A stretch of 63,953 bases of DNA, counting the filler, from Stramenopiles sp. TOSAG23-2 (taxonomy: Eukaryota), in NCBI GenBank assembly GCA_900128395.1. It is 3 parts of 3 records of this genome, joined end to end, with 100 filler letters (N's around TTAATTAATTAA, not from the genome) between each part and the next. Parts side by side here need not be neighbours in the genome. Positions count along the whole stretch, not along the records: positions 1 to 21,259 come from LT649539.1; 2 more parts are not named here. The stretch is one strand, 5' to 3'. Below are positions 1 to 13,028 of this stretch, piece by piece. Each line of letters starts with the position of its first letter. Within the stretch, counting starts at the first letter, position 1. Position numbers and translations under genes: made by a program. The notes under the pieces were generated by a model, which saw nothing but the letters and a program-made list of their open reading frames with translations, had not been told where the DNA came from and did not search any database.

Positions 1-77
1 ATTGAACACGAAAGCACCCAACCGCCTTTAAAGAGAAGAAACATCATATCATATGATGATGTTGATGGTGGTGTTTA

Positions 78-425
78 AGGGAGTGAAAAAAGATTTAGTG
101 GAGTGAAAAAACATTTATAGGGGAGTGAAAAAACATTTATAGGGGAGTGAAAAAACATTTAATTGAACACGAAAGCACCCAACCGCCTTTAAAGAGAAGA
201 AACATCATATCATATGATGATGTTGATGGTGGTGTTTAAGGGAGTGAAAAAGATTTAGTGGAGTGAAAAAACATTTATAGGGGAGTGAAAAAACATTTAT
301 AGGGGAGTGAAAAAAAAATTATATAGGGGAGTGAAAAAACATTTATCTAGGGGAGTGAAAAAACATTTATATGTGGGAGAGTGAAAAAAAGAGAGAGGGG
401 AGTGAAAAAAGAGAGAGAGGGAGTG
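78..425. repeat. Minisatellite of ~21-24 bp units, consensus GGGAGTGAAAAAACATTTATA, degenerating into GA-rich units
   Basis: More than a dozen consecutive GAGTGAAAAAA-cored units are visible; part of the array lies inside the 1-161/162-~320 duplication. Confidence 0.85.
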
Positions 426-677
426 CCGTGTATATTTTTGTTGGTGAATAATATTATACACGACGGGTACACTTTGGTTGTGTCCATCTACGTACACACA
501 TGTGTACTCGTATTAAAATATGCGAGAGGAGTAAAAATTAAAAACGTAGTATGTTTATCTATAGTTATGAAATGGAGTGAAAAACAAACACATCATGTAT
601 AAATTGAGAAATAATTTCTCTAAAAATATACATCTCTAGAAAAAAAACTTATTTTTTTTACTCGTATTTTTTAAAAA

Positions 678-3600
678 TTAAAACTCTTTATCATCCGTCA
701 CTACATAAGGTGTAAAGCCTGGTTTTAATCTATGTGCATTAAATGTCACTCCACCATGCATTTTAGATTTTACTGTTGGGGCTAGTACACCACTACTAAT
801 CCGTCACTACATAAGGTGTAAAGCCTGGTTTTAATCTATGTGCATTAAATGTCACTCCACCATGCATTTTAGATTTTACTGTTGGGGCTAGTACACCACT
901 ACTACCATGTCTCAACCCTTGATCTCGAGCATGCGATGTAGAATGTGTTAATGATAATGCTTGTCCTACTCGGTTTGCCATTCGATTTAAACTAGGTTCA
1001 AAGCTAGGCCAATGAGCCGATACTGCACCAAGTAATGTTTGTAACCGTCGTTCCAATGATATTTTATTATCAGGATCATATGGATCATTAATTCTAGCAT
1101 GTGGTAATAAAAATGTATGGGACCACATTTGTGTGCTTAATTTCACCAACGTTTTACCAGGTACGCGTGTTGTTTCCGTAGTTGAAAATCCATCTTTTTC
1201 ACGTACATTTTGTACTTGTGTTTTGCCTTGACCAAATATCATACCAACCTCATTATTTGACCACGTAGGGACCAAGGGCATGATTGAATCTGAAAACTCT
1301 CGCTCTGTAATTGCATCATACCCGGAACTTAAATCAGCACTTTTTAATGTTTCACGCAAATTGCGCTTGAATCTACGCTGCGCAGAACGAAATTCCCGCA
1401 AACATAAATATAAAAATCGTTGTGCATCAATCTCACGCTCGCCACTTTGCGTTATAACCATATTGCTGTTAGCATCCCTACCACATGATGCTAATATCCT
1501 TTCCTTGAATTGTATAAATACTGCACGTTCTTTCTTTTTGCGATCTCGTTCCCCTTTCATCAATTGCTCATTCGATACGTATGATTTCGACATAGCGTCA
1601 TTTTCTTGTATATTAGCAAATAACGTATCCACGTCAACCATGGAAGTAAGATCATTTGGTCTATCTGGCTTAGCATTACGTTCCATTTTATGCAATGCGT
1701 GTGCAAGAAATACTGGTTTAAGACCAGCCAATACACGAGTAGCAATTCTTACAGCGACTGAAAGAGGCAATGGTGTTGGCGCTAAATTGTTCTGTGCAGC
1801 CGATGAAGCTTCACCGACTGTGTCTAAGACTAGTGCACGGGTAAACATGTAAAATGATAATTCAGCTGTACCGTAAACTTCATCCATGAAATTTGAAAAA
1901 ATGTCAACTTCAAGACTATATTGTCTATAAAATTGGCAACTACGGTATAAATCCCAACACATCTGTTCAATTAACTGCGGGACCCCGTACCGGACAGAAG
2001 CCCATTCGCATAGGTATTCAGGCAAAGTAGGTGCTTGGAAACCATTTCGAAATGCAGCACATTCAGCCAAGAGTTTATCGTCATAAATACAACGCAAGGT
2101 TTTCATAACCCACGCAATTTGACGAGGCTCGAGACTTTTTTTCGGCTCCGTTGTTGTCATTTCCATCGATTCCATGTTGTTGTCATCTACATCATTCAAT
2201 AAACCAGGTGTAGTTGCACGACTACCACCCCATTCTTTTGGCATACCTAATTGATTTGAAACAGTCTTAGACAAATCATCATGAGTATCCCCCAATCCTT
2301 TTGCTCCATCAGATATCTTAGCAGGAGTTAAACCGGCACGTTTGCGCAATAATTCATGGAACGATCGTTTATTCATTTTATAACGCTCCACACGGTTTGC
2401 CCATCCATCACGTGCATATTTTATTTTATCTCTCCATTCATTTGGATTTGCACCACCAGGTGATGAATATTTAGCCATAGTTGAAGGATAATTTTTGCGT
2501 AAACCTGGCATAGTGGAATCCCAAGATGGTTTCTCCATCCACTTATCCTCCTCACCCATTTCATCGAATAGAATAGATGATCCTGGTGTCATGCCTGGTG
2601 TCCTTGTATTGAATCCTCGAGGATCATGGATTGAGTGCACACTACCAGGTGTATTTGCTAAACGCACAGCATCGCTTGACATATCTGTACCACTGTTTGC
2701 ATCTCCATCAATATTAGCGTCCTTCGAAAAACCACCTTTCATCGCCTTTAATGAGGAGGCAAGGCCACCACCAGACGATGAACCACCACCTTTTGACGCT
2801 TTCATTTTAAATTTACTGGCAAACTTTCTGGTCAAGATGTTTTCTAATTCCTTTACCCTACGCTCGATCATAATGACACGTTTGCGCATTTTAATGGAAC
2901 GTTCCATTTGTGCTTTTTGTGCTTGTCGAGCTTGTTCAGTCATTTTTGCTTCAAGTTTTCGAGTGGCCTCAGCTTCTTTAATTAACTTTTGTTCCCAAGC
3001 GCCTGGATCTGCTTCCTGTGCACGCTTCAAGTTATTTTTATTTTCCATTTTCGATAATTTTGAATCTACGCCCATCATACGCCTCATAGAATCTAATTGT
3101 ATGTCGCCAACGTCTTCATCTTGCGAAGCACCAAATTCTAATAATGCTGCAGTTGCATCTTCCTCCTTTTGTTTTTGGTTTCTAATTTCTTGTACAATCA
3201 GACGACCGTGTCTTGCCCGTGCCATGGCTTGAATTTTCGTCGCTGCAGCATCATGGATTTTTCGTTGTTCAGCTGACAATGAATTAATTTCTTCATTCAT
3301 TTGATCTTTCACTTTGTTAAATTCCTCCAATGCACCGGCATTATTGGCAAGCCAAGCAGCTGTTCCTGGTATGTTCTTATCTAATTGGGATTGTATTTCT
3401 TTTGACACTTTTCCACCACCACCAATTGGACTGATAGGACCACGACCACGGTTGCCTCCGCCGCCACCACCTGCACCAAGGGAAAGTTTTGATGGAGAAT
3501 CGCGTTTTGGTGGTGGCGTTGGCGGTGCTTTAATTGCTATTTTTTCCACGACAAGAGTCATTCCCATAGCATCGCCAAGTTTTGTTGCAAATGACGAAAG

Positions 3601-6600
3601 TTCACCTCCCATACGTTGCAACTTACTACGTGTATCTTTACGCAAGGTATCTAAAAATGTGCGTTCATCTAAAATACGCCCTTGCAAAGTTCTCAACATT
3701 GGCAAAGCAGCATTTGCAGCTGCCTTTGAAACCACAAGTTTTGTTTGCGTGCCTCTGGAACGTGCCGGTTTCATTTTGATTTTTCGTTTGACCTTTTTCT
3801 TTACTTCACGTTTTGTTCCATCAGCATCTATAACAATTTCAGTTATCTCCTCTTCGATTTCAATTTCACGTGGCTTAGATGCTTCCAGCTGTGCTTGTCG
3901 CTCACGTTTTGCAGCAGCTCGTTTTTGTCTTAATCGTTCTTCTTCTTTTTCTTGAATTTCAGCACTTTCCGTATCAAGGAGCTCCACTGCAGCTTGAGTC
4001 GCTGCAACTTCGTCCCAAACTTCTAATTCTTCTTCCATGGCCTCTTGATAGTCATTCCTTACAGCTTGTATGCTGAAATCCTCGCTTTCAATTGAAACAA
4101 TTTCGTCTTCCAATCGATCTACTTCTTGATCTAGCTCTTCGATTTTAGTTTCTTTTGTTTTAAGATTTGTAGATATCTCTTCACTTTTTTTATGTATATT
4201 TTGTAATTTCTCCTCAGCTGCATCCCAAGACGCTTTGCATTCTTCTAACATCGCTTTGACATCTACTAAATGCGTTTCTAAATCCATCTCTTCTTCATCA
4301 GGTTCGTTAAATGAGGGTGGTAATGATTCTCCAGCTTCTAAAATTTGTTTTTTACTTTGTTCCTTGATACTCATTTTCATGTCATATTTTAATTGGGATT
4401 TTCGTACTTCTTCTTGAATTTTTGAAATTCTCATATCCAAATCTTGTTTTTCAATATTAACGTCTTCTTCTCCATTTAAAGTAATTTTTAACTCTTTTCG
4501 TAAATTTATTAAATATAATTCTGATTTTTCCCTTTCCATTCTCATTTCTTCAAGACGATTCAAAGTCTTGTTTAATTCAGGGTTTGTTTCTGCTGCCTTT
4601 TTCCGTGCTTCATCAAGTTTTTTCTCCATCAATTCCACTTTATTTTCTGCAAATAAAGCTTTCGCTTGCTTCGCAGCTAATGCTTTAATAGTATCTGCTC
4701 GATGGGCTTCATGTTGCTCTGGAGAAGTAATATTTTGTTTTTCCTCATCAATTCCTTTTCTACCAGCATTTTTCAACACGGCAGTCGCTTTGTTTCTTAA
4801 ATGACCGACGTCATCAAGATCATGTTTTATGCGTCTCAAGCGCCTTCGCGTTCCACCAAGCTGTTTCAAGGCAGTTATTTCAGTATTCTCAGTAGCATTT
4901 ATTACAGTGCGTATACGTTTCAAATCTGGGTCTTCCTCTTCAATTTTTTTTGATGCATTGATAGTTTCTTCATGTTCTTTTTCAAGTTTACCAACATCTT
5001 CCGTTAATCGATTAAATTCAATATTGATTAATTTCAAATCTTGATTCAATTTTTTCACATCTCCTTCTAATTTTTTACAAATACCTTGATTGTTTGAAAT
5101 AACAACTTTTTGTTCATCTTTTAGTGCAGAATCTGTAATGTCTTCCAATCGAAGTTCTTCCTCTTGGGTCCTAACAATTGCATCTTCAAGTTGTTTTGTT
5201 ACCTCTTCAATTTCTGCTTGTTTCTTTGCCTTTGATTCTTCCACAGCTTTTAATTCATCTCTTCTGGTAGTCAATTCCTCGCTTTCTAAAACTTCCTTTG
5301 CCTTGATAGCTTGTAATTCGGCATGATTTTTTAATGCTTCTTCCAGTTCTTTCCTAGATTTCTCTAGCGTTTCTTCTTTCTTTTTCGTTGCTGCTTCAAA
5401 TTCTAATTGCATCATCATGATTTTATTTTCTAAGACTTCCTTCTCGCGCTTTAATGTATTTTTTGAAAGTTCCACAGCCATTTCAAATTTTTCATCGTTT
5501 TCAGCATCTTCCTCTGTAAACTTCTTATCCAACTTCATTCGCCGTTTTCTTACCCTTTTCTTCGCACGCTTTTTTGACTTCAAATTATTAATTGATCGCC
5601 TGCGACCTATTGGTTTAGTTACTGGACTAGGCTGTGCAGCATCTAGAATGGCATCTGTGAACATTTTAATTTGATTTTTTTGTACCGGGGTTTCATGTAT
5701 ACGGACGGCAAGACTAGCAAATAAACCTTCGAATTCTAAAAGCATGTCAGTAGTGTCCGACATAATGCTATCTTGTTCTTTTTTAATTTTCGTACAATCA
5801 CGTTTCAATGCCAAGACGGCATCTTCAGTTACTTCTATGCGACTGCTATCCTCATCTGCTGTAGATGCATGTTCCATTAAAAATGTCTTTTCTTTTGTTA
5901 ATTGTTCTACTTGGTCCTTATACATTGCATTTGCCTCTCGCAATTCCCCGACGACGGAATCAAATTCTTCATGCAATTCAAAAAGTTCAACCTCTAAACG
6001 ACTTTGCGCCTCCCTGGCATCAAGTACCTGCTGGCCTTGAATTGCAACTTTCTGTTGCTCCAAAGATAAATTACGAATCAATTTATCACGATGTACAATA
6101 ACTTCATTCATTTTTTTCTCAGCCTCTATTGCTTTTGCAGTCATCCTATTAACAACCTCTTGCATTACCGCTGGATCACCACTTAATTTGCTGACCGGAA
6201 TATTGTGTCGAATAGCAACAGAAGCTCTACGAATAGATTCAACTTTTCCCATCATCCCTTGCATCATGTTTTGAAACCCTTTCAAATCTCGAATGTTTCC
6301 CTCCATATTTGCCGTGAATTCTTCTAAATCTTTTACTTTACTATATAGTGCCAGTTCTGTACGGTTAGCATTGTGTAATTTTTTCTTTGCATTTTCTTCT
6401 ATTTCCCTAGCTTTTTTTAGTTGCTCTTCCGCAGCGCGAATTTGTCCAGGATAATCTTGATCATCTACCCATTTTTCATTTTCTTCTGCTTGTGCAACTT
6501 TTGTCAAGGCAACCGTCAATTGTTTCCGCAAATCAATTGATTTTTCCTTTGCCGCTTTTACTTTATGTATGCTTTCATCTTCCCTCGCTCGCAATGTCCC

Positions 6601-8658
6601 TCTAACAGTTTCTAATTCAATCGCTTGGTTATTAGCAGTCAATTGTGATTGTTCCAACGAACGCTTTAAAGAAGCATTTTGACGTCTTAACGCAATAAGT
6701 TCTGCATCTCTTGACGTAACAAGACGTTGTGCATTTTCCGCTTTTTGTAGTAATTCATTTGATGATGCCGTTGGCGGTGATATAGCAATTGTTGCAACTT
6801 CCTCTCTAATCCGTTTTATTTCATCCTTTAAATTATGATTTTCTTCTGTTAATCGTGTCATTTCTTTCTTTTGAGAGGACATAAGGGTATCTTTTGATCC
6901 AACTGCTAATGGAAGTGCATCCCCCACAACATCTTGAAAATGACTTGTAATCATTTCCAATAATGTCCCACGAGTCGTAGTTTGAGCTGCAACTTGTCCA
7001 CTCAATTCATCTACTACAATATTATATACTTGTCTTTCTAATTCTGCACGATCTGGCGTTGTCCACCCTTCCGCTTGGCATGCGTAACGTACATGTTGTA
7101 CAGCACTCGATAGAAATTCAGCGAGTCGTCTTAAATTTTCCTTTCCTCTCCATCCACCTTCACCAACACCTTGTTTTAAATTATGAGTACGTAATAAGTT
7201 TCTTAACCAAAATTGTGCTGCAGATTTAGCAGTGTGAAATGCTGGATTATGTACAACTTCTTCTTCTTCTTCAGTATCTTTAATAATTTCTGGCTTAAGA
7301 ACAGGCTCTGGCAACACGTCAACAGATTGTTTTAAATGTATACCACCTAAACGCATTGTAAAATTTTCCAAACCTTTCGATAATGTCGGCAACGTTCGAT
7401 CATATGGAACATGCGCCGATGCTGCTGCACCATGCGCTGCTTTACTTGGCAACATAAAATTTGATCGCGTCCATTGTACTTCTTTTGGCATATTTCTTAA
7501 TATAAGTTCTTTTCGCGCATTTACTTTATTTAACCTATATTTTCTTTCATTATTATTATTAGTCGTCGTAGTATCCTTATCAATACGCATTGGGCTAAAC
7601 CGTATATTTGTTTGTTTCGGGACTCCTGGTACTAATTTGCTATCATCATTTCGCTTTCTATTACTATTATACATTTCCTTTGTTTCCTCAAATTGAAGTG
7701 GCAATTCACGTTCTACTTTTTGCCTATCTGCACTGAAAGTAAATCGTACATCTGGCATTTCAGAAATTTTATCTGTCGTATCACTTATCTTTAAATTAAC
7801 TTCATGAGGTCTTTTAGTTTTACTACTTGAAGGCTTTCTTTTACTACCGCTTAAAGGTGGCTTTTTTGATATATTCTTATTATAATTATCTTTCGTCTCT
7901 GCATCATTCTTATTACCATTACGTGTTGGTGATAAAAGATGTGGATCTGTATCCCAACCAGATAAATTATTCCCATTTTGAAAACCGGCGAAATCGTTTG
8001 TGTCTTTACCACGAGATTGACCTTTTTCCCTTGGCATTGTTACAGTTCCCATTCCTTTGTTACTATTATTATTATTATTATTATTTCTATTATTTGGTAT
8101 TTTTTTATCAGATACTTTACGTTGTGGTGCATTAGGCACGGGAGATGTGATTTGTTCTAGTAATTGATTTACAGTTTCATTGGTAGTTTTGGCTACACTA
8201 TTTTTCATATGATTGATATTATTTGTTTGTCCTAATTTTAAGCCACTCTTGGTAATCCCTAGATTGTTGCTTCCACCACCCATTAATCCAGAAGAACTTA
8301 ATGGAGTACCAACTCTTTCTATACGTTTTTTTGCTTCATATTTTTTCTTACGACTCCGTCTATTACTACTACTACTGCCTTTTTGTCCACCACCCATACG
8401 TTTGCGAAAAATGGCTTGTGTTAATTTAGTTACATCTATTTCCTCTCTGGAATTTATTGATGGTCTTCCACCCATTGGTCCAGGTTGAGAAAATAAAATA
8501 TCCCCGTTTTTATTAGGTGTACTACGTCGATTTCTTTTATTATTATTTCTACTTCCAGCTTCCCTAGATTTATTATTATTATTTGACATTGGTCTCATTT
8601 TTTCTTTCGGGCTATCTATAGAAGCATAAAGGGTTTCATTTTTTACATTTGTCGACAT
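678..8658 (-). CDS. Giant coiled-coil protein (~2620 aa), probably flagellar, with an axonemal dynein light chain (p28)/TSNAXIP1_N-like segment, one IQ motif and a conserved helical C-terminal domain
   Basis: 7.9-kb intronless ORF. QVYNIVVDELSGQVAAQTTTRGTLLEMI resembles p28 FDELIRQVTINCxERGLLL; IQ motif AATKIQAMARARHGR. The ORF-track stop at 796 comes from the 106-bp duplication 693-798/799-904; collapsing it gives ...PYVVTDDKEF* with TAA at 680-678. Confidence 0.75.
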
Positions 8659-9048
8659 CTTTTATATTTATTTATATATTGAATTAAAATCTTGTTATAC
8701 TTTGGATATATTTGTATTAATTATATATGTTTGTCTCGTGGATATATTTCTCTCTGTGCTATAAATTATATATCCTATATATAATTGTTGTTGTTGTATT
8801 TATTGGTGCAATTGATGAAGCAAGAAAGAAGAAAAATGAAGCAAACCAGCAAACAACGCAAACGGCTTTTTTTCAGAGAGAATTCTCTCTGCTTTTTTGT
8901 AGCTTATACGACCTTAAATTCCTGCAAAGATTCCGATCAATGTCCTTAAAGAATTAAAAAGGCTTGCATAATAAGAAGAAAATGGGAATTTTTTTTTTCT
9001 GCAGAAATTTTTCCAATTTTTTTTCCGTTATTAATATCATCTGTCCAG

Positions 9049-9854
9049 CCCAACCACAGCTGTGTGGTTACATCATTATCAATTATTTGTATTTTGTGCT
9101 ATTATTTATATCAAAAACAAATTATTGCAAATCGAGATAAGTTAGTGTACACATTCACAGACATTATTGGAAACAAAATGTTGAAGAGATCAGACTAGAT
9201 ACAATTATAACATAATATTCTACCAGGTTCAAACGTCTTGATGCTCAACATGTACTCAATATACATACGTTGGAAGACAAATACAATAAATTATTGAAGG
9301 CAAAGGTTGATGAAAATAACAAGCTAACAAAAAATTTGTATGGTTTGAAAAAAGCAAAAGAGGATGAGATTAATGATTTGAAATTTAAGCACGATCGTAT
9401 ATATAGTAGTGAAAAAATTTTGAAACGGCGTTTGAAAGTACAAACAGAAGCAACAATGGAACAAACTCAAGATGCTTTAAATTCAATTGTAACTTTACAA
9501 AAGCAATTGGCTACACATAACGCTTTGATACTTCAAAAAAATGATGGAAATAAATCTATTCCATTGAATCAAAAAAGAGCTAAAGATCCATTTTGGTTTG
9601 TAATACCAAATTTTTTAGTTCAAGTATCATCGCCAGATGGTCATATGAAAAATGTTAAATGGCAAGGTCACGTTGGTGAGAAAAAATCAATGAGTTTAGA
9701 ACATTTTCAAGCAATTATGATGGAAAATCAAATGAATGACTTTGATGATGAGGAGGAGGACGATGCAACTGATCAAACGGACGAATTGAATGAAGATGCG
9801 AAGAAATGGTTTGAAGAAATGGGAAAGCAAAGAAGTGATAGTGTTTTGGTTTAA
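9049..9854 (+). CDS. Membrane-anchored coiled-coil protein, probably spliced (intron 9141-9226); true start unresolved
   Basis: ORF 9270-9854 has no ATG near its start. Removing GTTAGT(9141)...TACCAG(9226) joins it in frame to a hydrophobic stretch CVVTSLSIICILCYYLYQKQIIANRDK-FKRLDAQH. Confidence 0.5.
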
Positions 9855-10069
9855 AAGAGAAAAAAACTTTTTTTTATTTTTTTTAATAATTTTAAAAGGC
9901 GCTCCTTCCCGTGTACGCTTCGTAAATTTTTTTCACCGCACCTTTTTTACGAATATATACGACGCGTATATATAATATCTCTCTTGATAATCTCTCAGCA
10001 GATATTTTAAAAAACAAATTATTTAATTTTTTATTTATACACAGACAACAAAAAACGCCTCTTTTTATT

Positions 10070-11086
10070 TTACGACTTCTCTCTCAACGCATTTAATAAC
10101 ACTATTCCATTATCACATACATTATTAATTTCCAACACATTTACATGACTAACATCAAATTCATTATTCATAATTTTTTTCGCTATTAAAAGATTTATTT
10201 GACTTTTTGTCTCATCTAATAGTAAGCTGGAACCGTGTAGACCTGATACAATAACAGAATCTACAGTTTCCTGCCAAATGCATTGCACCGTAAACATTTG
10301 GACTGGATTGGTCATATTTGTTAATGTCTTATTGATGTAATCATACATACGATTCAATGGAAATGATTTAGAATCACTATCGTTGTAACAAGTATACTCA
10401 ACCCGATTTGGTGATGATAAAGACGTGGTAATTCTTGCATCATTTTTCATATTATAACTATTACCAAAACCAGAACATGCAATATGTTTATCATAATTTT
10501 CATCCCAACAACTTTGGAATCCCAAAACAGGTAGTTTAGACAATTTCATAGCGGTAGATACGGTCATATTGTGAGTTAATGTGCAATTTCGTATAAATGC
10601 CATATTATGTTTTTGTAATTCCTGTGCAGCAGCATCATAACATTGCTGTTCTGTCTTTGGATGTTGTGCATCGCAATCTGTTATACCAAGTACTACAAAA
10701 TTATTTTCAGGTGCTTCTTGGTCGGTATTGTTAGATAACCATTCACTTAAATCATCTAAAACTTTTGACATAGGATATTTTACATCAATGGCTGAGTGAT
10801 GCATGATCAAATTCCCATTGCTTAATAATTTTGGACGCCAATCAAAAAATCTGACGCCACAATCCAACAACTGCTTAATACCACCACTTGGTTGGGTCTT
10901 TGCCCATCTGTTTATCAACCCTTCCGGTAAATATGTCGTAGCAGCATCGTGTGCTCCTAACATTGGCCATTGTTTTAAAACTGTCACATTTGGTTGTTTT
11001 TTTGAAAAACAATTATTTATAATAATTATTAGAAAACAAATACATACTACCAATTGTCGTGGTATGACAATAGAAAAATATTTCAT
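10070..11086 (-). CDS. Secreted PI-PLC X domain / PLC-like phosphodiesterase
   Basis: Signal peptide; MLGAHDA (catalytic His), WAKTQ, QLLDCGVRFFDWRP and LIMHH are typical PI-PLC X-box motifs. Confidence 0.85.
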   Translation of the reverse strand: MKYFSIVIPRQLVVCICFLIIIINNCFSKKQPNVTVLKQWPMLGAHDAATTYLPEGLINRWAKTQPSGGIKQLLDCGVRFFDWRPKLLSNGNLIMHHSAIDVKYPMSKVLDDLSEWLSNNTDQEAPENNFVVLGITDCDAQHPKTEQQCYDAAAQELQKHNMAFIRNCTLTHNMTVSTAMKLSKLPVLGFQSCWDENYDKHIACSGFGNSYNMKNDARITTSLSSPNRVEYTCYNDSDSKSFPLNRMYDYINKTLTNMTNPVQMFTVQCIWQETVDSVIVSGLHGSSLLLDETKSQINLLIAKKIMNNEFDVSHVNVLEINNVCDNGIVLLNALREKS

Positions 11087-11686
11087 AATTTTTACTCTCT
11101 CTCTTTATATGAAGGTTGAATAACGAAGATGATTATTCTTATTATGTATGAAGAAGGGTTGAAATAGCGAATACCTTCTTCTATTCGTGTTTTTTAAATT
11201 TATATTTATATTATTTCAAAAAAAGGTTCAATTGACGATCTGTATTAATATGCCTGGTGTGCCTATGTTATTAATACTGTATCAGCTGTCCTGTAGCGAT
11301 ACAGTAGATAACCACTACGTGACGACAGCAGCGTTTTTTTTTTTTCCTTTTTTTTTTTATTAAATTTTTTGGGGAGGTATAATAGGCATACCTGTGCGTG
11401 TGGTATTATTGTCAGAAGGCTTCTTCTTAACACTTATACCAACACTTCCCACTTACCAATGGTTATTAGGAGGAAGCAGAGAATATATATATAGATATAT
11501 AGAAGGAAATAGATAAAACTATTGTATATAATAATAAATAAATATTTATAGATACGTAGCGATATATCTAAGAAGGACCCCCTATTGTTACAAAAGTACG
11601 GTATACATTTTGTATTCCGCATATTGATAGATAAAGTCATAAAATCATATTATAATTAGGCAATTACACAATTGCAATTTAAAATA

Positions 11687-12805
11687 ATGGCAAGTTTAAC
11701 CACAAGTGATGAACTAAAAGATATTCAAAAAAAACTTGACAAAACGAGAGAGGAATTAAGAGAAATTCAGCAGCAGAATAATGCACTGAAAAAAAAATCA
11801 AAAATATTAAAGCCATGGATGTGGTGTAGAATCAAATTGGCGAATGGTTCATGGTCTGACCATGGTCCATCAAGTACTTTTTCGAACAATTGGCATGTTG
11901 CACATTTGTGAGTTTATTTGCTTCTTGCTATACTACTTGTTATATCTTTACTAACTCTTTTTGTTTTAACATTTTTTTCACATTTTACATTATCATACAT
12001 TAACAACAGAGATACGGGAAACGCCGGGGGAACTGTTATAAACAAAAAATTGTTTGATTTTATTGGAGCTGATCGGATTCAAGGACATGGCGTTAGTACT
12101 GGCAGGGGTATGAGCCGGGGTGTTCATGGTCCAGCAGTAGTTCTCAACACAATAAGCCTGACGTATCAACTTTATGATGTTCCGATGGTCATTGAAATAA
12201 ACGATGCAACGGTAGTGGATAATGATCAACCTTTTGGATTGCTCATTAGCGTTAAAGATATTGCAAGAATTGAAAATGCATTTGGATATCATATGGAAGA
12301 TTATGAATTTAAGAAAGATGATCTTGTTGGTTCTCCAACTTGGAAAATAGACGAAAAAGATGTAGAAAGACAAAAGTTGTTGGACGAAGAGTTTGATACG
12401 AAGCTAACTAAGAAAAGACATGATGCAGAAGAAGCTAATAAAAAAGACAAAGAATATAGAATATTACGTAATAAACAAAGAAAACGTGCTGCTGAAAGAA
12501 AAAAGGCTAAGAAAACAAATACTGCTGAATCTCCAGAGAAAGTGAGATACAGCGAGCATTATCGATACTCAAATTGTCGATATCCCAATTTAAGAAATTT
12601 TAGAAGTACAGAAAGAAACAATTCGAAGAAACCTATTCCCGTTGTGGTGGATACGTGGGTTGTAGCAATAGGTGTTCTAGGGCTTGCAGCTGCTGCGTAT
12701 GTACTTAGTAATGAACCAGGCCCAGGGAGACCAAGCCATAGAATCATGGCTCCTAGAGAAACATCATTCGAGATATTGTTAACTTCTTTGACAAAATTAG
12801 CATAA
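11687..12805 (+). CDS. Two-exon gene (11687-11907 + 12010-12805, 338 aa): coiled coil, retropepsin-like aspartic protease (LDTGNAG), basic coil, C-terminal TM helix
   Basis: GTGAGT donor at 11908, pyrimidine-rich intron, ACAG acceptor ending at 12009. Splicing gives in-frame WHVAH-L-DTGNAGGTVIN; downstream GLLISVKD resembles the second retropepsin motif; TM WVVAIGVLGLAAAAYVL. Confidence 0.75.
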
Positions 12806-13028
12806 AGTTTTTTAACTGTGGTAGAAAAATGAGACCCCGCTTCATAGCACAAAAAAAAAATAATATATATATTATTATATACTCGTATTTTATTAAAAAA
12901 TTAAATTTTTTTTTTACATAAATACCAACGTTGGTAATTAAATACCACACCGAACAGTATAAAATTTTAATATCTTCTTTTTCTTATCATACGACTCGAT
13001 ATTAATATTAAACTTCTAACATATGTAT

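Noticed and set aside
78-425. CRISPR array or telomeric repeat
   Set aside because: Units abut with no unique spacers, there are no cas genes, the context is eukaryotic, and the unit is not TTAGGG/TTTAGGG-like; it is a minisatellite partly doubled by an assembly duplication
1280-8488. Many plus-strand ORFs (and similar antisense ORFs elsewhere)
   Set aside because: Antisense shadows of long real genes, with Ser/Phe-rich composition and no domains
11918-12009. Apparent signal peptide MLLAILLVISLL...
   Set aside because: It is translated T-rich intron sequence and starts at TTG, not ATG
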